Positions 56,530-64,000 of a stretch of DNA of 64,000 bases are shown piece after piece. The DNA comes from Cyanidioschyzon merolae. Lineage: Eukaryota. How positions within the stretch are numbered: the stretch's first letter is position 1; every line of letters begins with the position of its first letter. Both the position numbers and the translations under genes were made by a program. The notes under the pieces are model-generated. The model was not told the origin of the DNA and ran no database searches. It was given only the letters and a program-made list of their open reading frames with translations. The stretch is from the NCBI GenBank assembly GCA_000091205.1, contig AP006488.2. One strand, 5' to 3'.

Positions 56530-58641
56530 ATGATAAGATCGCATACGCGACGTATGGAATCAGCTGCTTCGGTGCCTTCGGTTTTCGCTGTTCCGATAGA
56601 GGACGTTCTGGCCGCTGTTCAGGGTACACGCGTTCAGTGCATAGATCCTAGTTTCTTTTCGTGTTGGGGTCGCCAAGAACGAGCACGATCGTATCGAGTC
56701 TGGGTGACAGACGACTTTCTGGAGTTACGCAGTTGCCCGTCGTGGCCAAACCTCTTCTGTCTATTCGATCTTGTCGCTGTGCGTGCTGATACGTGTGCGC
56801 TATCTCTTGAGTTCCAGGTATCGAGTATGCGCCTGGAGCGCAGCAATAGCGGCTCGCTGAATTCCTTTGTCGATGAAACCGTGCCGGCAAGTCGAGGTCA
56901 TACGAATTCTGTTCCCATCGCAAAAGTACGACGACTTGTTCTCGTCTTTGAACAACAGCGGATCATGCATCAGTGGTTGAACGCATTAACCGCATGTGCA
57001 CCCTCGTCATGTCAGTTTATGCTGCATGCGCTACCAGTCCAGGGATCAAGGAGGTCGAGCAATGAGCGGCGTTGGCAGGGAGCACACATTCTCGGATTCC
57101 ACGACGAGCTGGGCCCCATCGATGGACTCCACTGGCGCGGGAAACCCTTGACCAATTATCCTAAACACGGCGCTGACGGGCGTTACGTGTTCTTACGTGT
57201 CCTTGGTCGCGGATCGATGGGGGAAGTCCTACTCGCGATGGACTTGTATTCCCGTCGCTTCTACGCTGTGAAACAAGCTATTCTTCGTTGTAGATTTGAT
57301 GCGCAAACGGGCTCGCTCCGTGATACGAGCGCTTGCTGTGACCACAACAACGAGCGAATGTTGATGGAAATGGAGCTCATGCGAGGTCTCCGACACCCTA
57401 ACCTCGTGGAGTTGATCGATATCCTACCCGCTGAACGTCGAGATGCCTCACAGGCACCATCGGACGCCGGCACTGAAGCGATCGTGAATGGCGACACTGG
57501 CCGCGATTCCGCGCAGCCTCTGCCGCCTTTGTTTCATGGCGCTGGTGACCGTCGCACTTGGCAAAAAACTGATGCGAGCCTGGTGTCGAGCACAGATCCC
57601 AAGTCTTGTAGTGCTTCACCCACAGAGCAAATGAACGGTCAGTCGATGGATTCGGATCTGCCTACTGCGAGTGATTCACTCGTGCTTGCTCGCGAGCGTG
57701 ATCGTTTGCGTTGGATCCGCGATTCGGGGCTGAAGCCTCTAGTATCCGATGGGTCATCGCGAGAGCTGAGTGTACCGCTCCAATTGGTCGTCGAGTTTGT
57801 ACCCGGCTTCCCGGTGCTTCAATCCAACCAACTCGTGATGAATCAGTCTTTATCGGAAGATGTTGCGCTTTTCGTACTCTGGCAGGTTGCGAACGGTCTT
57901 GCTACCTTGCATGCTCGAAACATCGTTCATCGCGACATCAAACCGGATAACCTGCTGCTCCATGTGGACGGCACCATTAAGCTGAACGATTTTGGCACAG
58001 CATGCGTCGCCGATGCACCCGATGTCCAATGTCTGGTCGGGGCACCCGCTTTTGTGGCGCCCGAAATTATTTCCAGAGTGTGCCAGATCTGCGATGAAGA
58101 GGACGACGACGTGAGTACGCACACAGCGAGATCCCTGGTTATCGATCCAATAAGAAATCCCGGAGAGCGCGGCGCTCCCCAGTGCCCTACCAGTGGAGCA
58201 ACCCCGGATTCCGAGATCAGTAAGCGGAGCGACATCTGGTCGTTAGGGGCAACGCTCTATTACCTTTTGTTTGGTCGACCACCATTTCTCGGGGACACCC
58301 TATACGAACTCTGTGAGAACATCATGCATCAGTCGGTATCTTTCGACCGAGAGCTTCACCGAAAATGGAGCAACTCGAGCGGGCGTAGTACGGATCGGGC
58401 ACGACCTGCACCCTGGTATCGCAGGCGCCTGTCGCGTACCCGTTCTAACGCGCTCAGCGAAGCGTGCACTGCGCTTCTCCAGGGCATGCTCACAAAAGAC
58501 CCGCGAATCCGACTTGATATTCACGGTGTGCTTGCTCATGCAGCACTGGATAGGTATAGACACATGACCGTTACCGAAATGGAGTACTTTACAGAACGCC
58601 TGCGCGACCAATCAACCAAATCAGGTGCGTTCCGTCGGTAA
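56530..58641 (+). CDS. Ser/Thr protein kinase, CAMK/CaMKK-like catalytic domain with an N-terminal PH-like domain and a long insert in the N-lobe
   Basis: ATG start. LGRGSMGEVLLAMD ... AVKQ (VAIK-type Lys), HPNLVELIDIL, HRDIKPDNLLL, DFG, APE, DIWSLGATLYYLLFGRPPF. The N-terminal roughly 190 aa have a PH-like pattern ending in the helix MHQWLNALTA. Confidence 0.85.
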   Translation: MIRSHTRRMESAASVPSVFAVPIEDVLAAVQGTRVQCIDPSFFSCWGRQERARSYRVWVTDDFLELRSCPSWPNLFCLFDLVAVRADTCALSLEFQVSSMRLERSNSGSLNSFVDETVPASRGHTNSVPIAKVRRLVLVFEQQRIMHQWLNALTACAPSSCQFMLHALPVQGSRRSSNERRWQGAHILGFHDELGPIDGLHWRGKPLTNYPKHGADGRYVFLRVLGRGSMGEVLLAMDLYSRRFYAVKQAILRCRFDAQTGSLRDTSACCDHNNERMLMEMELMRGLRHPNLVELIDILPAERRDASQAPSDAGTEAIVNGDTGRDSAQPLPPLFHGAGDRRTWQKTDASLVSSTDPKSCSASPTEQMNGQSMDSDLPTASDSLVLARERDRLRWIRDSGLKPLVSDGSSRELSVPLQLVVEFVPGFPVLQSNQLVMNQSLSEDVALFVLWQVANGLATLHARNIVHRDIKPDNLLLHVDGTIKLNDFGTACVADAPDVQCLVGAPAFVAPEIISRVCQICDEEDDDVSTHTARSLVIDPIRNPGERGAPQCPTSGATPDSEISKRSDIWSLGATLYYLLFGRPPFLGDTLYELCENIMHQSVSFDRELHRKWSNSSGRSTDRARPAPWYRRRLSRTRSNALSEACTALLQGMLTKDPRIRLDIHGVLAHAALDRYRHMTVTEMEYFTERLRDQSTKSGAFRR

Positions 58642-61600
58642 ACTGCGTTTCACGCAGCACTTGGATTTTATGGAGGTCGTCACCAGCGCGTACCCCATGA
58701 CATTGTAAACTGTACCCTAAATGTCGAGTGACCGCGAATTGCCTCCCCATGCAATCCGGAGCATAGATAACCTCTGTGCTTCGACCATTCCACTCTAAAA
58801 TTCCGAAAACTAGTTTGCACTTGATCACTGGATTCGCTGTGGTGCACATGCTGCGTTGTGTCATTCGAGTCGTCTTGTGCAACGACGGTGAGGTTTGCTC
58901 CAAACCCGTCTCAGATTGCAATGGGTTTCCGAACCGCTCGATCTGTTCATGACCAGCGCTTTTTCTCGAACTTTTTCTCAGAAGTAAGTTCCCGACATTG
59001 GAAGTGCAGCGAGAATTGCGTATGCATTCATACGTAGGTTACGGTTTTTCGGTCATCTTTTGCAGTGGCTCCTTCGATGCTGTGCCGCTGAAATCCGTTA
59101 CGTTACCGCCACCAAAATGAGTTAGGATGTCCTCAAACTAGGGTTCTTAAACTAATTGATTCCATTGTCCAGTTTATTCGTCCGAGCGTCCACATTTATC
59201 CATATCTTACGAGTGGGATGCTCAAATCGCCCATTCTTGAACTTGTCGATCTGTCTGTTTCAAAGCAACTCGCGATCACAGTCATTCGCGCCACTGGATT
59301 GACGACGATTAAAACTCGACGTGAGCCTTGATGACTTGTTTACAAGCTCGTGCTATACGTTCACTGACCGTGTCGCGCCAAAGAAACGATTCCGTTTGAA
59401 AAACGAATCCGCTCTTCTTTGTCGCCATCAACGAAACAGCATTCAACAGCAGTGAGATACCGCTCACGGCATATGCTCCAAGCGGGTCAAGTCTCCTCAG
59501 GTTTGCGTGGGAAAGGGTCGTTGACCTGTACTTGAGTCATCGCAGCGATTGCTTCCAGTGCAGCGTGCGTGACCGTTTTACACGAAAGAAGCGTAGATCG
59601 GTAGAGATGTTTTGGTTGCTCCTGTAATCTGGATTCTCAGTAAGGTACTTGTTTCGTTATGGACATCATCGCGCCCAAAAATCCTCTGTCAAATGGAACA
59701 GCATGCAAGTGCGTCGGACAAAGCTCTCGCGGATGGCATCACCCAGAGCAAACCCGTTGTCACAGGATAAGGCACCGGACATGGCAACGGAGGAAGGCAT
59801 CGAGGCGAGCCTTCTGTACATGTCAAGTCCATGAACCGAGCGATGAAGCAGGCGTTCACGCACCACAGAACTGACTTCGGAGAAAAAGATGTAGTGGCCG
59901 CACGGGAATACCCGACTATAGTGAATCGTGATCGTTGTGAAAAACGCACAGAGGCTCCATACATCTAAGAAGAAAGTTGAAAACGATGCGTAGATCGCAA
60001 CGTTTGCCCTTGAATGAAAAGCGTGAACCAGAACCTGAAAAAGCATCATCAGAACTTTGACGCTACCATCAACATCTTGCGACTGCTTACAATCAAGAGT
60101 GACAAACAGTATAGATAGCTGTTTTTAAACCCGGATATAATACGCAGCAGAATGAAGCAGTTGCAGAAACTGCCCGCCAAGGCTCGTGTTGATGCTGATG
60201 TGAAGAGACCCCAACGTTCGCATCTGCGCTCGACTAAGCTGAGTTTACCTGTTCCATACTAATCTGACATGGGTGTTAAATCTGTGCGGCAAGGCGTACA
60301 TTGACAGCTACAGACGCACTTGGCTAGTGTCCGCATGTGGGACAACGCCCGTATTTCGAGCATGCCTACGCAGGATAAAACCCCGAGGGCACCCAACGAG
60401 GTCGGGCGTGCATCCACCAGCATAGCAAGCGATACCGCTCTCGCTGCTTCGCTCTTCGGCTAGCCCAGGTTCCTGGTGTTGAGTCACGTACCGTGCGAAA
60501 GCCGCGCGCGAGCAGTTCACTTTTTTTCACGTATACGCAGTCATATCGAGTGATGGAAAATCATTTTTTCTATAATTGCCCAGGAAATACGTTCTTGGTT
60601 TATGCATTCGGCGCTCGAGCCGCACCATTCCAGAGCCTTGCTCCAGGTGAGAACGCATGCCTCAGTGTTGGCGAGGAAAATCGAAAGCGCTCATCCAACG
60701 CTCGCTGTGAATTTATTCGAAAGCCTCGTGCTCGCTCGCCGAGACCAGGCCAAACAGAATAGCTTATAAACACAGAATCGTCTAGGGGATATCATGCACT
60801 TTGAAGCGATATATGACAACCACATTGAAGAGGCGCTTGAGGAAGCATTGGGGCTCGCATTCGCGAAGGAAATCTGCTTCGCGCTCGAGCGCTGTATTCA
60901 AGACCGCATGTTATCCCAAGATGCAATGAAGTCAGTTATCGTGTTTCGCAAATTCTTCGGATACCACATCCATCCGTCCGAGGCCGAGATGCACACGACA
61001 AACATCGACCATCTGAAACGGTTCTCGGGAACTTTGCAGCGTCTCTTCCGAACCTGCTGCCACCGCGATCTCCTCAGTCACTATTTCGTCGTTTGTCTCC
61101 ATCGACGCCCATGTATCGCTTCCGCCAGTCCCCCAGGTCTGGGGTTACCAGGGTTCGGGTCCAACGCCAAAAGGGTGCGCCTCATGTAGCGCTCAAAATT
61201 AACCTACGTACGCTAGGGCTTATTGAGGTTGGTTTGATCCTATCGGGAGCTGTGCTCTGGATCTTCCGATCGCTGAAGTAACAGGGGGCGCATCAAGAGA
61301 CTCCATGAAGGCCGTGTTCAAGTCTCTGAACCTGCGATCAGGCCGCGCTCCATCTTGTGTCCCGAGCGTGCCTTCAATTGTCAAACGAAGGTTCGATCGA
61401 AACCCTTCCAGAGGATTATGGACAACTAGCAGCGCTGCGTCCGGAGCTCCTACAAGCAGTTGCTTGGCAAGGTACGTCAACCGGAGAGCAGCTGGGCGTG
61501 GCTTGCTTGAGAAAGAAGCTATGCAATCTGGGACGGCGTGTTGCATCTCACGTTGTTTGGAATATTCTTCCTATTGACATGTTTTCGTAGGGATGCTTCA

Positions 61601-62926
61601 GCAATAGCCTCAGACTGATTCTTCTGCTCCGACAGGTTTTGTCTCCTGTTACGCAAGGTCCTTTCATTCAAGAAGAACTTGCTCTTCATTGTATGGTGGA
61701 CTCTATGCCTTCTCCTGTGCTTCTCCGGGTGAGATGGCTGCGGTCGCTGCACCCATCTCCCACTGTACCATCGGAATTCAGATGGTCTGGGTGTAGAGCG
61801 TGCCCGGAATTCTTCCTTTTCTAAGTTCGTGCTATCGACTATCCCTCGAATATGTTTTCATTACCGTTACCCTGCCGAGCACATCAGCGGACTGAATCGC
61901 ACGTTTTCGCTCCCTCCCGCGAACGAGAAGAGCAGCAACAGAGCAGTTGTCAGCTAATGAGCATCGAGAACGACTTTTCTTGAGAAGAATTATCAAAGAA
62001 TGGCATCACGAATGCGAAGGATCCGTCCCTTAGTCCCTGAGCGTGAAAATGGTGTTTGACAAATACGACAGCGCCGTCGACTCGATTGAGACAGCAGGAA
62101 AATCTTGGAAACGAGCTGCTCTCCGCCAGTCTCAGGTGTGTACTCCTTGACCGCTTTTGAATGACAGGAAGCAACGCAGTCGATGAGAATGACACAAGAG
62201 CTTAGGAAGGAGAGGCCATGAAACGCGTCGTCGAAGGATGAGATGTTGGACGATTCTGTCCGTTTGCCGAGTCATTTGCGACGAAACACTTGAATCGCCG
62301 CCAGCTCTAATGTTGTCGGAATGCTCGCTTGCGTCTTCTTTAAAAAACGGCGGTTTGTCTCTCTTTGGCCACTCATGCGCAGGTCTATCTTTTCTCCCGA
62401 ATGCAGTCTCATCGAGTGAGAAGAACACTCGTCCCAGCTGAAAGAAGCGTTCGTGTTTCAGTACTATATCGATAGCGTGTGCTCTTCAAGGCGCGAATTT
62501 ATCGCATACAAGCGCACGTCTTCCACTGTCAATCCGCGTCTCTCCATCACCGCTGTATAAATGGTATGGAAACACTACATCCTGTGGCTTCTCTGACGGT
62601 ACCTCTCAGAGAGCGTAACGAACGGAGAGGATTCATCACGAGACTGCCGTGGACGTAGCGTTTGGTGCGTTACGTGTCGAGTGCACGACGTTCAGAATAT
62701 GGACAAGAAAAAGAATCCACCATCCACGTGCTTACCTTTGCAAGATTGACTTGCATAATTGAGGTCGTTTTTCGCAAGCCAGCGGTGGCAGCATCAAGTC
62801 ATTCTGCGACTTTTCTCTAATCTACAGGATGCATTGCTTTTCTTGGGACCCTGCGAGAAAGACAAACCAAAACGAAAAGCGCGTGCTGTACACGTGTTCC
62901 AGAATTCACTGGTCTGAGTATAACGA

Positions 62927-63751
62927 CTACAAATCTTTCTTGGTATAGGATGGAGGTACCAGTGTGCGGCTATCTTTGGATGCTGCTAGGCGCGGGCGTG
63001 GCGTCATGGCCAGCCGGGGCTCCACATCATGCTGTGGGCGATCCCAGGCCTGCTCCGAGGCGTCGGATGATTCTGGTGCTGTTTCGGAGTGCTCCTCGCT
63101 CATAACCTCGGGGATGGCGTAATTATGCGGTGGCCCAACAAAGGGATCCTCCTGAGGCGGTGCACGAGTAGAGCGAGACGCTGAACGATACTCACCGACC
63201 CAGGACTGCACCGTGTCCTTGACGCCGTGCCACCAGTGGCTTATCGTTTCTTGGGCTTGATCAAGCACCTCTCGCACATCTGTGCTCAGCGATCGGTCCG
63301 TTTCTTGGGGTCCACGATGCTGCTCGCCAGGCGTAGGCGGCGAGGAGGTTCCGCGCGACCCCAATCCGTCTCGGTTGCGCTCTCGAACGCTAAGTGCGAC
63401 TGCCCACTCGCGATCGAACTCTGCTTGTAGGTGGCGAGCTAAAAGGGCGTCCTCGTCAACAACGTTGTCGTCTGTGCCTGCTACAGGTTCCGCGTCGTTA
63501 TCCACGCTCCCGGACGTGCACTGTACTAGGTCACAGTCCCGCAACACTTCTTCGACATTCTGCGGTTCAGAGTTACCTTCTTCCGGTTCGGAAAGGTTGA
63601 CAGCGCTTAGATGCCCCGTGTCATGCGCTTCCTCCAGGAGATAAGCCGCAGCCCGCTCCACGTTGTTTCGATGAGCTTCAAGCACTAGCTCCAGCTCCTT
63701 TCTACTGCGTTGCGGAAAGAGCGCCGCTAGCGCCTCGAGCGCGTCTGTCAT
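62927..63751 (-). CDS. CUE-domain (ubiquitin-binding) protein with an acidic/Ser-rich C-terminal region. The track start at 63766 is GTG; the ATG is at 63751.
   Basis: The N-terminal LEALAALFPQRSRKELELVLEAHRNNVERAAAYLL fits the CUE-domain consensus, including the conserved FP motif. Confidence 0.55.
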   Translation of the reverse strand: MTDALEALAALFPQRSRKELELVLEAHRNNVERAAAYLLEEAHDTGHLSAVNLSEPEEGNSEPQNVEEVLRDCDLVQCTSGSVDNDAEPVAGTDDNVVDEDALLARHLQAEFDREWAVALSVRERNRDGLGSRGTSSPPTPGEQHRGPQETDRSLSTDVREVLDQAQETISHWWHGVKDTVQSWVGEYRSASRSTRAPPQEDPFVGPPHNYAIPEVMSEEHSETAPESSDASEQAWDRPQHDVEPRLAMTPRPRLAASKDSRTLVPPSYTKKDL

Positions 63752-64000
63752 GCCGCTGACGTCCACCAGCCGCCTTGTTCACTAGACACGCACTCACGAG
63801 TGAGAAAATACACCCGGTTACGTTCGCAACTGCTTCTCGGCGAATGCCCTGTTCACAAGACACGCAATCACGCGTACGATGCTCAGAGTCGTGGCGTTCC
63901 TAATTTCTATTCAACGAATGCCGTGTCGATCGCCTCACGAGCATTCAATGCATCTCGATTGTTTGCAGAAGCGTGGGGGCGTCTCCGATAGCGAGTTCTG

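Noticed and set aside
1-64000. Kinetoplastid (trypanosomatid) origin suggested by GC-rich intron-less genes
   Set aside because: Genes switch strand almost every gene rather than forming long same-strand polycistrons, so a kinetoplastid is unlikely. Organism left unassigned.
1-64000. ORF-track start coordinates taken at face value
   Set aside because: Checking the DNA shows many track M residues are TTG or GTG (e.g. 785, 3382, 18089, 18343, 20019, 24825, 33915, 44303, 48944, 54398, 63766). CDS starts were moved to the first in-frame ATG where sensible.

Overview
This looks like a 64-kb stretch of a GC-rich, apparently intron-poor eukaryotic nuclear genome: long uninterrupted reading frames for clathrin heavy chain, TBP, RFC and others, with genes alternating strands. 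I cannot name the organism. The supplied ORF track uses alternative start codons (TTG/GTG rendered as M), so several CDS starts below were moved to the first in-frame ATG. Confident housekeeping genes are: a TLC-domain membrane protein, TATA-binding protein, an FGGY-family sugar kinase, glycine-cleavage H protein, a casein-kinase-1 homolog with an unusual C-terminal repeat extension, a 7-bladed-propeller lactonase, APC/C subunit CDC16/APC6, clathrin heavy chain (1726 aa), a SWEET/MtN3 transporter, a TRM6/GCD10-like tRNA methyltransferase subunit, CstF-64/RNA15-like polyadenylation factor, replication factor C small subunit (RFC2-type), the R-SNARE Sec22, a PH-like plus CaMKK-like protein kinase, and a CUE-domain protein. 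The most notable content is a family of TnpB/Fanzor-like (OrfB_Zn_ribbon superfamily, RuvC-nuclease) mobile elements. One longer AT-richer copy lies at about 17.4-20.2 kb; it carries recognisable RuvC-I and RuvC-III motifs but has frameshifts or introns and a degenerate zinc finger. Three shorter, about 98% inter-identical derivative copies of a sister subfamily lie at 44.5-45.8 kb (minus orientation), 49.8-51.1 kb (plus) and about 55.5-56.1 kb (plus, more diverged). The first two form an inverted pair bracketing the RFC2 and SEC22 genes, and all three sit in 5' upstream regions of host genes. A pair of tandem perfect hairpins plus an (ACGA)n tract marks the 3' boundary of the long copy, exactly where a TnpB/Fanzor right end and guide-RNA scaffold would terminate. 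The other oddities are a 77-bp x4 tandem array whose unit junctions form 8-bp stem-loops, downstream of clathrin, and several microsatellites including a (TGG)11 that would encode poly-Trp if translated. All family assignments come from motif reading by eye. No database search was run.
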